From contig JBNRSN020000008.1 of assembly GCA_051313645.2 (NCBI GenBank), forward strand, positions 169,198,001 to 169,262,000: 64,000 nucleotides of DNA, read 5' to 3'. Both the position numbers and the translations under genes were made by a program. A model generated the notes under the pieces. The model ran no database searches and had not been told where the DNA came from. It was given only the letters and a program-made list of their open reading frames with translations. The DNA is from Centroscyllium fabricii (Eukaryota). Shown in pieces: positions 46,101 through 58,717 of this stretch; position 1 is the stretch's first letter; each line of letters starts with the position of its first letter.

Positions 46101-47727
46101 CAGCCTGCGTGCGTGGGCATGGACTGGGGGGGCCTGTGGTGGTGATGTGGTGCTCCACCCCGTGCTTGGCCGTACGGGCTGTGAAGGTGGGGTTAGTAAG
46201 GGCTGGGAACTCTGCGAGGAGCGTGCCGTACGTGTCGGAGTTCCGGGCTCGGCAGTGGGACGCTGCGTGGGTCTGGTGTGCCGGCCCTGTGGAGCATGGG
46301 ATGGTCGACATGTTGTGGATGTCGACCAGGCGGCGTCGGGTAACATCGACCAGGAGGCCGTGGGCGCACAGAAAGTCAGCCCCGAGTAGGGGTATTTTGA
46401 CTTGGGCTGTGATGAAATCCCACTTGTACGTGTGGCCTGCTAGCTTGATGGTAAGCTGGCGGGTGCCGAACGTAACTATCTCGGAGCCGTTTGCTGCTTC
46501 GAGTGGTGGGCCTTGGGTGCCTTGCTTGGTCTCTGCGGGGGAGGCTGGCACGATGCTGTGCTGCGCGCCTGTGTCACAGAGGAAGCGGAGGCCTGAGCCA
46601 CTGTCCGTGACGAAGAGCAGTGCTCCGGAGCGGCCTACGGACATGGTGGGGCTTGGGTTGGTTTGGGGTTTGAAGGTGCAGGGCTGGACGCAGCGCTGCA
46701 CTTTAGCTTCAAACCTGGTGTGGTAGTAGCACCAGCCAGGGCCTGTGGTGCGTGGCTTTTTATGGGTCCGCACCGGTCTGGGTTGGGACCTGTAGCCGGG
46801 CCTGGGGTGCGCGTAGTACTGCTCCGGTGGAGCGGCGGTGGGTTGGCACGTGGCGGCTCGGGTGCGCTCGGCCCTCATCAGCTTGTCGGCCTCCTGAGCC
46901 AGTTGCTCCTTGGTATAGTGCTCAAGGACCGTCAGAGCCGGTCTGACGGAGGGGGGCAGTTTAAGGAGGAACAAGGCACGCTTAATGGTAGCCGGGTCGC
47001 AATTGAGCGCTTCCATTTGGGCCCAGAGGTCCGATGGGTCTGCGTCCCCGAGTTCGGGGAGGTTAATGAGCTGGCAGTCGCGCTCAAATTGGGTGGGGGT
47101 GAATTTTTGTAGCAGCGCGGCCTTAAGCGTTTCATACCTGCTAGCAATTGGTTCGTGCTGTATCGATGACCACATTCGGTCGATCATAGGCTGTGAAAGG
47201 GCCGCGAAGATCAGGCTGTATCGATCGTCCCTCTGCACGCCATGGATGCGGTAGGTGTTCTCTGTGTTGAGGAACCAGGCCGCTGGACGGAGTTCCCAGA
47301 ACTCTGGTAAGTTTGGGATTTGGCCGTAGTTCTGGCCCCGTCTGTGGAGTCGTGCTGTTTGGCTCCCTGCTGGCATGGTGGTTGTGATTCAACTGAGGCA
47401 GCTTGGCCCTCAGTCCTGCAGCAACTGCTTCATTATGTTCCCTTGGAATTCGTTCCAAGTATCGAGGTCACCACTGTAGAGGCATGCAGGCCTGAAGAAC
47501 CACGCTGGACACAGAGGATTCGGAAAACAATCATTTAATGTTAACACAACTAGGGCCAGGTAGCAAAGAGACTGAGCCACCTGGATCCAAGGTATTTAAA
47601 GGACCCGCGGTTGGTGACGTCACTGCCGGGTGTCCACCTGGCGACGTCATCACGCCACCCGGTGGGCGGGGCCGTCTCGCAGTACTCCCGAGGCGGATTC
47701 GATGGTCCTGGTGGGCGTGTCGCCACA
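43127..47727 (-). mobile_element. Ty3/gypsy LTR retrotransposon D, CsRn1 clade
   Basis: LTRs at 43127-43405 and 47475-47727. The 4-bp TSD CTGT is confirmed by the empty paralogous site near 20935. PBS TGGTGACCTCGA (tRNA-Trp-like, 47462-47473), PPT GGGGGGGAG, and a CHCC-type gag motif CYYHTRFEAKVQRCVQPC. Confidence 0.95.
43552..47376 (-). pseudogene. Element D gag-pol with frameshifts (near 46130 and near 43920-43950)
   Basis: Protease LCDTGA; RT KIDLVRDYHQ/MPFGLKNA/YLDD; RNase H TTDASD; integrase HDLSH..CNAC, IDLVG/SDRG/CERFH; GPY/F module PPYDGPY. Confidence 0.92.
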
Positions 47728-48084
47728 CTGTCTTCCTTTTTCGACTGCCAACTGGTGGTCACTTAGTCTGTACCTGGTGAGGGTCTGTCTCTGCTTTATA
47801 TTTCTGACAGTTGAGAGATAGTCTGGCAATTTATAATCTCTTTTTAGGGCACGGTAACATTCTAATCTGCTTTGGCTTTTGGTTACTTTATCCCAATGTT
47901 CCAAATAGGTTTCTTTGCATTGTTTGATGATTTGATTCACTCTAATTGGTGTTTGGAAAGCAGTGTTGATCTGAGACTGGTCAAGGTTTGACTGAGATGG
48001 GGTAGTTAGTAATATCTACAATTTTACAACGGCTGCAGATCGCGATCTAACAGTCCTTGCTGCCTTAGCCCTGTACCGCATCGT

Positions 48085-48375
48085 TCTCAAGTTTCTCGCC
48101 TATCTTCCCTCATGCCCTCTCTGAGCCTATCCTATCCATGAGACCCACATCCTGCTCCCGCGACCCTATTCCTACTAAACTGCAGACAACCCAACTTCCT
48201 TTCCTGGCCCCCATGTTAGCCGACATTGTAAACAGTTCTCTCTCCTCAGGTACTGTCCCCCTCCCTTTCAAAACCATCATCACCACCCCACTTCTCAAAA
48301 AATCCACCCTTGACCCCTCTGTCCTTGCAAACTACCATCCCATCTCCAACCTCCCTTTCCTCTCCAAAGTCCTGT
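48085..48375 (+). mobile_element. L2 LINE RT fragment
   Basis: PTSCSRDPIPTKL..DIVNSSLSSGTVP..PLLKKSTLDPSVLANYHPISNLPFLSKVL. Confidence 0.85.
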
Positions 48376-48404
48376 GGGGGCGGGGGGGGGGGATGCTAAA
48401 TTGC

Positions 48405-51400
48405 TGAGATACCTCAATTACGACTGAAGTGAGTTTCTTAATAAAGAGGCTTTTATTAACAAAGAACTGAACCGTATCCCCGATGAGTCAGCCTGGTATG
48501 AAAGACAAGTGGGCGGAGCGTATTCCTTTATACTAGCACCCAGAGGTGGGGTCAGCCGGGACAGGTCCTCACAGAAAGATAAAGGCATTAACAGATATAC
48601 AATAACAGTACAGTGTGAACCAGAGGTTCATCATATTCACCACTTCCTTAAAAACAAGTCCCGCGGGCTGAATATCAGCACTGTGTTGTAAGTCTCTGTG
48701 GAGGTTTAATAGTCCGAACAGTTCGGCGAGGCAGTGTCGGTTCTGGCGAAGAAGCGGGAGTAGTTGTAATCGGAGAAGATGCTGACGGGGCTCCCGACGT
48801 GAACAGAGACTCCACTGGTGGAAGAGGTACCTCAGGTACGAGAAGAGCTGGTGGAGGTGTAGCAGCATCCGGAAGAGCAGGCTGAACAAAGCGATGAGCT
48901 CCGTCGTGCATCGGAAGTGATGAGGGCCCCGATGTGGTGTGCGCAGGTGAATGAAAAGACGGCCCCTGTTGTGAAAATGTGACCTGGGGGGGCAAGGGCT
49001 CCGCCAACGACTCAGCGTGAACGTCTCCAGCGAGCGCAAGGTCTCTAACCGAGACGGTATCCTCACGCCCGTCTGGGTATGCCACGTAGGCATACTGAGG
49101 GTTGGCATGCAGAAGGCGCACACGTTCGACAAGAGGGTCCGTCTTGTGCCAACGGACATGTGTTCTAAGCAAAACCAGCCCGGGGTTGGTCAGCCACGTC
49201 GGCAGGGACGTTCCCGAAGTCGATTTCCTGGGGAAAGAGAAGAGTTTCTCGTGAGGTGTGCAACCGGTGGCTGTGCACAAGAGGGACCGGGTAGCGTGGA
49301 GCGCATCCTGGAGGACCTCCTGCCAATGGGAGGTTGGAAGGCCTTTGGATTGAAGGGCCAGGATGATGGCCTTCCAGATGGTCCCATTATAACGTTCTAC
49401 CTGACCGTTCCCCCGGGGGTTGTAACTGGTCGTTCTGCTCAAGGCAACCCACCTCGCGAGCAGAAAATGATGCAGTTCGTCACTCATAAATGCGGACCAC
49501 CGGTCGCTGTGTATGAAGCCGGGAAGGCCGAAAATGGCGAATAGCGTGATAAGATGCTTTATCACTGTTGCACTCGTCATATCTGGGCATGGGAATGCAA
49601 AAGGGAACCGGGAGAACTCGTCGACCACAGTGAGAATGTACGAGTTACGGTTGGTAGAGGGGAGGGGACCATTGAAGTCCACACTCAGGCGCTCGAATGA
49701 GCGGGTGGCCTTGATGAGGTGCGCCCTGTCAGGCCTGTAAAACTGGGGCTTGCACTCAGCACAGACAGGGCACTCCTGCGTCATCGTCTTGATCTCCGCA
49801 ATGGAATAAGGGAAATTGCGGGATCTAACGAAATGAGCAAGCCTGGTGACCTCCGGGTGGCAGAGGTTAGCGTGGAGGGTTTTCAGACTACCTGACTGGG
49901 CGCTGGCACACGTTCCTCGGGACAGGGCGTCCGGGGGATCGTTAAGCTTCCCTGGCCGGTACAGAATGTCATACTCAAAAGCGGAGAGTTCGATCCGCCA
50001 CCTGAGGATCTTGTCATTCTTGATTTTGAGAATAAGCAATTTGGGCCTCTAACGGGAGTGGGAAGGAAGTAGCCCTGAGGAGAGGCCGGGCCTTATCAGC
50101 ATAATGGGGAACCCATTGTGCATAGTAAGAGAAAAACCCCAGGCATCTCCTCAAAGATTTGGGGGAGTGCGGTAGGGGCAGCTCCTCAAGGGGACGCATA
50201 CATTCGGGATCGGGGCCGAGGACCCTGTTCTCAACCACGTAGCTGAGGATAGCCAACCGCTTAGTGCTGGAAACGCACTTATCCTCATTATAAGTGAGGT
50301 TCAGACGCTGGGCTGTACGGAGAAACCTGTCCAAATTGGCATCATGATCTTGCTGGTCATGGCCGCAGATCGTGACATTGTCCAAATTTGGGAATGTGGC
50401 CTGCAAATCATACTGGTCAACCATTCGGTCCATCTCATTGGAAAACCGAAACTCCGTTGGTAACCCCAAAGGGGACCCGGAGGAAGTGAAAAAGGCGCCC
50501 ATTTGCCTCGAAGGCAGTGTATTTACGGTCCTCAGCTCTGATGGGGAGCTGGTGATAGGCCGATTTAAGGTCGATGGTGGAGAAGACCTTATACTGGGCG
50601 ATCTGATTGATCATGTAATTGATTCTAGGAAGCGGATAAGCGTCGAGCCCAGTGTAGTGGTTAATAGTCTGGCTATAGTCGATGACCATGTGCTGTTTGT
50701 CGCCAGACTTAACCACCACCACCTGGGCCCACCACAGGCTGTTACTGGCCTCAATGATGCCCTCCCGCAACAACCGAGCAACCTCTGCCTTGAAGAAGGT
50801 CCGGTCCCCCGCGCTGTATCGCCGACTCTTGGTTGCAATGGGCTTGCAGTCAGGGTCAAGGTTGGCGAACAGCGAGGGGGGGTCTATCTTCAAGGTAGAC
50901 AGACCGCAAGAGGAGTGTGGTTGTGAGGCAGGGCAGTCGCGGCTGCTGACCATGAGAGGAGGCAGGGGACCGCCGTACACCATCGTCACGCTCTGCAGGT
51001 TGCACTGGAAGTCCAGGCCAAGCAACACAGGGGCGCAGAGCTGGAGGAGGACGTCCAGTTGAAAGTCGCGGTATGTCGACCCCTTCACGGTAATGGTGAC
51101 TGTACAGCAGCCAATGACATCCACAGTCTGGGACTCGGAGGCGAGGGAGATTTTACGATGTGTGGGCCTAACCCTGAGGGAATAACGGCACACCGTATCA
51201 GGGTGTATGAAGATCTCCGTACTCCCAGTGTCGAACAGACATCGGGTGAGGTGCCCCTCCACGCAGATGGGCATCATCGATGACATGAGAGGATGAGGTA
51301 GAGACTGGTTGAGGGTCGTAGAGGCAAGTGTGGTGTGCGCGCTGGGGCCCTTGTGCAATGCAGGATCCGGCGTTGTCAGGTCTGCGAACAATGGCAGCGC

Positions 51401-53087
51401 CCGTGATTCGAATGCGGCAGGCCGCGGTGACGTTTTGGGCCATTGAGAGGACCTCTGGGTGGGTCGCTGGGAAGGCCGTTGGGAGGACTGACGGGCTCGT
51501 GGCGCGCAAGCGCCAGAATGCTGAATTGCCCCGGAGTTGCCTGTTGCTGCTGCCAGGATTGGTAGAGGTGCTCCTGAGCTGCCTGTTGCTGTTGCCAGGA
51601 TCGGTAGAGTTGACTGGATCAAAGATGGCGGTGCCCTGGGCTGGGACTGGGCCGCTGCTGCCAGGATCCGAGGAGTTGACTGGATCAAAGATGGCGACGT
51701 CATTGGTTCCGCCCCGGGGTCAGACGGGGCCGGCGCTGCCAGGATCAAAGATTGCGCCCGCGTTTCGCGGCAAACCGGCAATGGAGAAGATGCCCGCGCC
51801 CCCAAAGATGGCGGAGCGTGGGAAACGATGATGGCGGGCCGCCGCTGAGGTAGGGTGGGTGGCGATTGTTGCGAGGGCCGCTGTAGCGATGTCTGCGACG
51901 GCCGCGATTTCGGTGAGTTCTGTGAGGATCGCTGTCGGGGTGCGCTAGGTACCTGAGGCCACTCTGTGGCGTGGACATCGCAGGCCGCTGCCATTTTCCG
52001 GGCTGATTCCGGGTCCGATCGGCAGACCTTTGCAAAATGGCCCTTCTTGCCACATCTGGAGCATGAAGACGCCTTCGCTAGGCAGGAGCTTCGTGGATGG
52101 CATTTCTGGCTGCAAAAGAAGCATTTTGGAGGCGCTGCCGGTCTAGATGGTGTCATGGCCGCAATGGTCACCGTCAAGGGCGTCGAACGCGAGTCCCAAC
52201 CGTGTGGGAGCTGTGCCCAGTGTACGAATCTAGGCTCCGGAGGGCCCCATCCACCGCGTTGGAAAGTTTCACCGCCTCATTAAGGGATAAGTTATCCTGC
52301 TCGAGCAGGCGGGTGCGGGCTGGGACCGATCTGATGCCTGCCACGTAGGCATCACGGACGAGGAGGTCCATGTGCTCCTGGGTGTTAACAGGGGCGCATC
52401 CGCAGCGCAGAACAAGAGCTTGAAGAGCCTCCAGGTACTGCTCATTCGACTCACCATGCTGTTGCCACCGCGTGGCGAGGAGATGGCGAGCATAGACCGC
52501 GTTGACCGGCTGGAGATATCGAGCCTTCAGCAGCTCCATCACTGCATCGTATTCCGTGGCGTTCTTAATTAGGGAATACACCCTGCCACTCACGCAGGAG
52601 ACCAGGACCCTTCTCTTGTGCACGTCGCTGACTCCGGCCACGACAAGGTATGACTTGAAACAGCTTAGCCAGTGTTCAAAATCATTCGACGCGTTCGGTG
52701 CCTGGGGGTTGAGGTCGAGAGTTTTCGGTTTCAGAATGGTCTTCCACCTCTCCGATGCTGCTGGCTGCTGATTTTCGTTCTGCTGCTGATTTTCATTCTG
52801 CAAGGCGCCCTGCTACTGTTGGTCCATTTTAAAATCTTTGTTAATAAAATTGAGATACCTCAATTACAACTGAAGCGAGTTTCTTAATAAAGAGGCTTTT
52901 ATTAACAAAGAACTGAACCGTATCCCCGATGAGTCCGCCTGGTATGAAAGACAAGTGGGCAGAGCGTACTCCTTTATACTAGCACCCAGAGGCGGGGTCA
53001 GCCGGAACAGGTCCTCAGAGAAAGATAAAAGCATTAACAGATATATAATAACAGTACAGTGTGAACCACACCAAAAGGTTCATCACA
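48405..53087 (-). mobile_element. Ty3/gypsy LTR retrotransposon E (third family related to A and B/C), older and internally deleted
   Basis: LTRs at 48405-48635 and 52851-53087 (roughly ten substitutions and a 6-bp indel). Perfect TSD ATTGC. PPT AAGGAAGTGGTGAA. Confidence 0.95.
48675..52826 (-). pseudogene. Element E gag-pol, frameshifted, with most of RNase H deleted near 50025
   Basis: ORF pieces 52174-52803, 50435-52177, 50014-50502 and 48675-50039. LFDTGS; NLDNVTICG. The sequence jumps from FPLPLEAQIA to KIKNDKIL. Confidence 0.9.
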
Positions 53088-53171
53088 ATTGCCTCTTTCA
53101 ATCTGCCACGGTGTTTCTCATACTCGCCCCCATGTTAATTTTAATCGGCAACAACTTTTAAAGTGGTATTA

Positions 53172-53707
53172 CAGGAAACTCTTGTTTAAACGGCACCTAA
53201 ATATCCGAAATTCTCTATTAACTGGCAAAATTCTCATCCGAAAACACCTCAATAACCGGCAATGTTGCAGAGTCCGAGTCTCCTGTGGTGGCTGAGTTAG
53301 TCAGTGGGGGTAGTTCTCCAAATTGCCACTACTCGGCTTCTTGGCACTGTTGGGAGTCAGAACACCTCAATACCCCTGTAACAGGAGTCTGGCTCTCCCG
53401 CGCTGCCGGTAGTCTCTTCTGATCTGCCATTTTACAGGGGTACTGTGTGCCTCCAACGCTGCTGGTTGTCATTGCATTGCATTGCCCTCAGCTGGCAGTC
53501 CGGTACTTAATCAAGCATCTTCCACCATTCATTTAACACAACATTCTGTAAGTGAGTACCCATTTACTGTATATTGCACATTTCTTGATTTTTACATTTT
53601 TCTTTGTTAAAAATAGCCTCGGTAGATAACCCTCTCTGTCATCTGGAATTTTTGATCAACTGGCAACACGCTGGTCCCGTCGGTGCCGGATACCAAAGAG
53701 TTTCCTG
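53172..53707. mobile_element. Tigger/pogo-like MITE
   Basis: TA|caggaaactct ... agagtttcctg|TA. Confidence 0.75.
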
Positions 53708-54244
53708 TACTCTGTCTTTCTCCAGCCAACAGAGCATGAAAGAAGTTACCAGCAGCTACTATACTCACACTCTGAAATATGCCATATGTGAAAATATGAT
53801 GTTTGAAGATTATTGCCAGATACAACTCCAGCCAGCATAGAAAGCATCAGAGTCTTGCGGCTTTACTCATGCAAGTTGTTTGGCCTTTATTTTTTATCAT
53901 TCAATCATTTCTGTTAAACCTGTAGACTAAGTAGAGTCATAAAATTGAAGACTTCACCATGTAGCAAACACAGAAAACCCTGCAGGAGCTGGACATCAGA
54001 ACATACACTTCACACTGCTTCTGACTGACACATGGAGAGGGGAAAAACAGTTGTTAAATCACACAAGCGCTACATCTGCGAGTGTTTTCTGTAGTTACAG
54101 TGAACTTACTGCATCAAGCTTCTGCAATACAAATAACTGACAAAAAGTACATTCTACACCAGTATATCATCACCTTCTCCTAAACTATGTAGCAGCAAGC
54201 ACTAGCTTTGCAGTTTGCTGTCAACCCACAGATTACATTTTTTT

Positions 54245-55645
54245 AAATATTCGTTCCTGGGACGTGGGCATCGCCGGCAAGGCCAGCATTTATTGCTCAT
54301 CCCTAGTTACCCTCGAGAAGGTGGTGGTGAGCCGCCTTCTTGAACCGCTGCAGTCTGTGTGGTGAAGATACTCCCACAGTGCTGTTCGGGAGGGAGTTCC
54401 TGTATTTTGACCCAGCGGTGATGATGGAACGGCGATATACTTCCAAGTCAGGATGTTGTGTGACTTGGAGCGGAACTTGGGAGGTGGTGGTGCTCCCATG
54501 CATCTGCTGCCCTTGTCCTTCTAGGTGGTAAAAGTTGCGGGTTTGGGATGTGCTGCTGAAGAAGCCTTGGCGAGTTGCTGCAGTGCATCTTGTAGATGGT
54601 ACACACTGCAGCCACAGTGCGCCAGTGGTGGAGGGAGTGAATGTTTAAGGTGGTGGATGGGGTGCCAATCAAACAGGTTGCTTTATCGTGAATGTTGTCG
54701 AGCGTCTTGAGTGTTGAGCTGCACTCATCCAGGCAAGTGGAGAGTATTCCATCACACTCCTGACCTGTGCCTTGTAGATGGTGGAAAGGCTTTTGGGAGT
54801 CATGAGGTGAGACACTCGCCACAGAATACCCAGCCTCTGACCTGCTCTTGTTGCCATCGGATTTATGTGGCTGGTCCAGTTAAGTTTCTAGTCAATGGTG
54901 ATCCCCCAGGCAGGGCCGGCCCTACCATATAAACGATGTAAACATTTGTTTAGGGCCCCCGATTTGGGGGCCCCCAAAATACCTTGTTTGGGGCCCCCAA
55001 ATACCTTGTTTGGGGCCCCCAAAATACCTTGTTTGGGGCCCCCAAAATACCTTGTTTGGGGCCCCCAAATACCTTGAGCCGGCCCTGCCCCCAGGATATT
55101 GATGGTGGGGGATTTGGCGATGGTAATGCCGTTAAATGTCAAGGGGCAGTGGTTAGAAGCTCGCTTGTTGGAGATAGTCATTGCCTGGCACTTGTGTGGC
55201 GCAAATGTTATTTGCCACTTATCAGCCCAAGCCTGAATGTTATCCAGGCATGGACTGCTTCATTATCTGAGGAGTTGCGAATGGAACTGAACACTGTGCA
55301 GTCATCAGCAAACATCCCCACTTCTGACCTTATGATGGAGGGAAGATCATTGAAGCAGCAGCTGAAGATGGTTGGGTCTAGGACACTGCCCTGAGGAACT
55401 TCTGCAGCGATGTCCTGGGGCTGTGATGATTGATCTCCAACCACCGCAACCATCTTCCTTTGTGCTAGGTATGACTCCAACCAGTGGAGAGTTTTCTCCC
55501 CGATTCCAATCGACTTCAGTCAAGAGCAGTCACTCTCACCTCACCTCTGGAATTCAGCCCTTTTGTCCATGTTTGGACCAAGGCGGTAATAAGGTCTGGA
55601 GCCGAGTGGTCCTGATAAGATTCCAAACTGGGCATCAGTGAGCAG
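54245..55645 (-). mobile_element. LINE family X, RT 3' half
   Basis: ESYLAQRKMVAVV..VPQGSVLDPTIFSCCFNDLP..MFADDCTVF; AGQRLGIL. Confidence 0.9.
54911..55087. mobile_element. 177-bp hAT-type MITE made mostly of a 25/26-bp palindromic tandem repeat
   Basis: 8-bp TSD CCCCCAGG on both sides, TIR cagggccggc, and internal (ccttgtttggggcccccaaaata) units. Confidence 0.88.
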
Positions 55646-57034
55646 GTGTGTGTTTGTGTGTTTTCTAAGAGCAAAACTATTTAAAATATTTCCCTGTAGG
55701 GTACTTACCTAATATTAAGCATTTCAGAACTTTTGGGGATTTTCAAGAACAAGTCACCTTTTGATCCCAAATCATAAAAGAAATCTGGAAAACAGTTATC
55801 ATACAAGGAGCCCCCTTGTCCAAAGTGGGGTTTTGTTCCCATCTATTTTTGACAATTTTCTCCCTTTCTCCTGAAGATGTTGAATCCCTGCTAGGGTGTG
55901 TTACCATGTCCTTTGGCAGAATCAGAAAAAAACTGACTGCAAGCCAAAAAAAGATATGAGGCGAGTTGACTAAAGCTTGGTCCAAGAAATAGATTTTAAG
56001 AAGGGTGTTAAAGGAGGAGAGAGGAGTAGAAAGGTAAGGAGGTTTATGGAGGGAATTCCAGAGCTTTGTGCCTATATGGCTGAAAGGCACAGCTGCTAAT
56101 TGTATAGCATGATTTAAATGCCATCAGCAATCAAAAATAATGAAGGAAAGCAATGGCAGGAAGAAACTCTTAAAATGCAAAAATGGCAGAATATCCAGCA
56201 AAATGCAGTTGAAACTGCAAAAGGAACAACTTTTATCAACAACAACATTCCTTTCAGAAGCCTGCTTAAGCAGGCCAAGATTGTGAAATCCTAAGGGCCC
56301 AGTTTACATGGGCAGTGGCACACCAAAGTTGGAAAAGTCAATGTTGGACCGTTTAAACTCAATTTTAATACAGAAATGAGGCCCACGTATATTAGTAGCA
56401 AACTGCCCATGGGAAAACTGGGTGCCCACAAACTGGATACGCATCTGATTTTCTGACCCACAATGGGTTTCAGTTGAAGCTTTGGAAAAATTGAGTCTAA
56501 AATATTCTACGTGACTCCATCGGAGGTCTGAATATTCTGCAGCAAGATGTCTAACTGCAGAAGCCATCTGTTACTTCTCCCGATGACATGAGCCTACACA
56601 AACACTTCACAGCTTGTCACCTACAGAAACATCTAAATACATAAAAATTTACTTCCATAGCTTTTCCTTACCTCTGCTACTCACCCACCAGTGTCCCATT
56701 GAATTCTTTAAACCACTTCTGCAGCTGTCACATATACACAAAAATTACAGTAGACCCACATCACGCCTCACTTACCCTGGCGGGGTTCCCAGACGTCAGG
56801 AAGCCCGCAGCAGCAGTGGGAAAAGGGGAAAAAGCCTCTTAACCACAGGCAGTTAAGTGGCTGCAATCTTCTTCCCGCCTCTTGGAGTCGGGAGCCTGCG
56901 CAAATCGGGGACCCGACTCCCGGGAAGATTGGTTGGAGGCGGGTTGGGAGCAGGTTTGGGAACTGCTCCCATTTTTGGGAATTTTCCCAGCAGTCCCCCC
57001 TCCTCAAAATCCAGCCCAAGGAGTCTGCTTTGGA

Positions 57035-57476
57035 AGGCAGGAGTGTTCCCTCCCAGTCGGGGAACACTTCAGCAGTCAAGGACATTCAGCCTCCGATCTT
57101 CGGGTAAGCATTCTCCAAGGTGGCCTTCGAGACACACAACGCAAAATCGTCGAGCAGAGGCTGATAGCCCAGTTCCGCACCCATGAGCACGGCCTCAACC
57201 GTGATATTGGATTTATGTCGCGCTACATGTGACCCCGCCTGACGTAGAGTCATCCAGACTCGAATCATCTTTGGCTTGTTCTGTGATTTTCAGTAAGAAA
57301 AATCCTTGTTTTTAAAAATCATTCTGTGGGATTTTCACAGACAGCAGACTGTAACATTTGACCCTTTGTAACTGCACCCTTTGATCTCAGGCTGACTGAT
57401 ATGTTAGAACACCTTTGATTGCTTTGATGTCCCTCAGCGGAGGTGTGATGTGGAACAGTTGGAGAGACCACATTGT

Positions 57477-57527
<51 letters not shown>

Positions 57528-57640
57528 TATGTTTAAATGAATCTCGACACTTCACCTGACGAAGGAGCAGCGCTCCGAAAGCCTGTGATTTAAAATAAAA
57601 CTGTTGGACTATAACCTGGTGTTGTGAGACTTCTTGCATT
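57035..57640 (+). mobile_element. Penelope-like element 3' end (second family)
   Basis: PVGEHFSSQGHSASDLRVSILQGG..EQRLIAQFRTHEHGLNRD (GIY-YIG C-terminus). The tail carries a (CT)n(AT)n microsatellite and a hammerhead motif. Confidence 0.82.
57551..57588 (+). ncRNA. Minimal type-I hammerhead ribozyme motif in the Penelope tail
   Basis: tcac-CTGACGA-a-GGAGC(agc)GCTCC-GAAA-gcct-gtga: core boxes, stem II and stem I (tcac/gtga) are present. The stem III palindrome is mutated (GCCT versus GCTT). Confidence 0.65.
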
Positions 57641-58680
57641 TGGAAGTTTACAGTGCATTTCCACATGGCTCACAACACACTGATAAGATTGCAAGTCATT
57701 CTTTCTCTGACAATGTGAGGAAGATCTTTTGGCTGTAGCTTCTTTTGTGTGTAAACTGGGCACAGCTAGAGCCATGTTGAGAATAAGGTGAGAGCAACTC
57801 AATCCACATAAAAAACAAATACATCGGGAGGATCACTCTTTTGGATCCTTTAACTTATTACTGTGGATTTTTCCCAAGTGTTGAAATGTATCCATCCATC
57901 CAAAGTATTATTGATAATTTTGTTTACAAAGATGGCAACTATTGCATAGCTGTCTTCTTTTTAATTTAAATATTAAAAAAAGATATGGGGGAAATAATTG
58001 AAACTGAATTCTGAGTGGGCTTGATTGTTCCTAGATTTGAAAGTTTACCATATGTAGGCCAGTGGCACAACAAAGGGTTTCTTTAAATTAATCACAGATG
58101 CCTAATGTCACAAAATACATTTTATTCAGAAAGTATTATTTATTACATGCTGTCAACAATTAGAGTTTAACTTAAAAAAAATGTCTAGCAGGGGTTCAGA
58201 AACTGCGAACACACTAGGGATATGATAAGAGTTCATAGTAGGTGCACACTTCAAAGAGATATATCCAAGATCACAAATACAGAAAACAAACTCTGGATCC
58301 TACATAATTAATGCTCTGGTGATTGCAGTTTCCAAGAGCCACCCTTGGCACAAACAACAGAATCCATTTGACTTCAATCGAATTACTAGGCAGCTTAGAT
58401 CTACTTCTGCTGATATTTAACCCTCTCCCACTCAACTGCTGAAAACACCCACTCAAACATGTTCGCAAGCATCCTTCTACAGCTGAAGAGATTTTCTTTC
58501 CATTTCAATTCTCAGTTTTATCTCATTCCTTGTCTTCTCAAAGGCACACAAGAGTCATTTAATTATTTGATTTCCCTCCCTCATTATGGGGATAATGTGG
58601 AGGTGCCGGTGTGGGACTGGGGTGGACAAATGCAAGAAGTCACACAACACCAGATTATAGTCCAACGGTTTTATTTTAAA

Positions 58681-58717
58681 TCACAAGCTTTCGGAGCGCT
58701 GCTCCTTCCTCAGGTGG
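58681..58717 (-). ncRNA. Minimal hammerhead ribozyme motif in an isolated Penelope terminus (about 58595-58720)
   Basis: Minus strand reads cac-CTGAGGA-a-GGAGC(agc)GCTCC-GAAA-GCTT-gtga. Confidence 0.65.

Larger units (their letters stand above)
41716..48010 (-). mobile_element. Second RTEX-like LINE 3' copy, split by a MITE (41870-42720) and gypsy element D
   Basis: Segments 41716-41869, 42721-43126 and 47728-48010 are collinear and highly similar to 20400-21215. Confidence 0.88.

Noticed and set aside
46120-46140. Frame change between protease and RT in element D as a programmed frameshift
   Set aside because: It falls in a C6 run within the conserved TTGPPV motif, and the copy has other lesions (GNYR for GDYR, a later frameshift). 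Decay or sequencing error is more likely.
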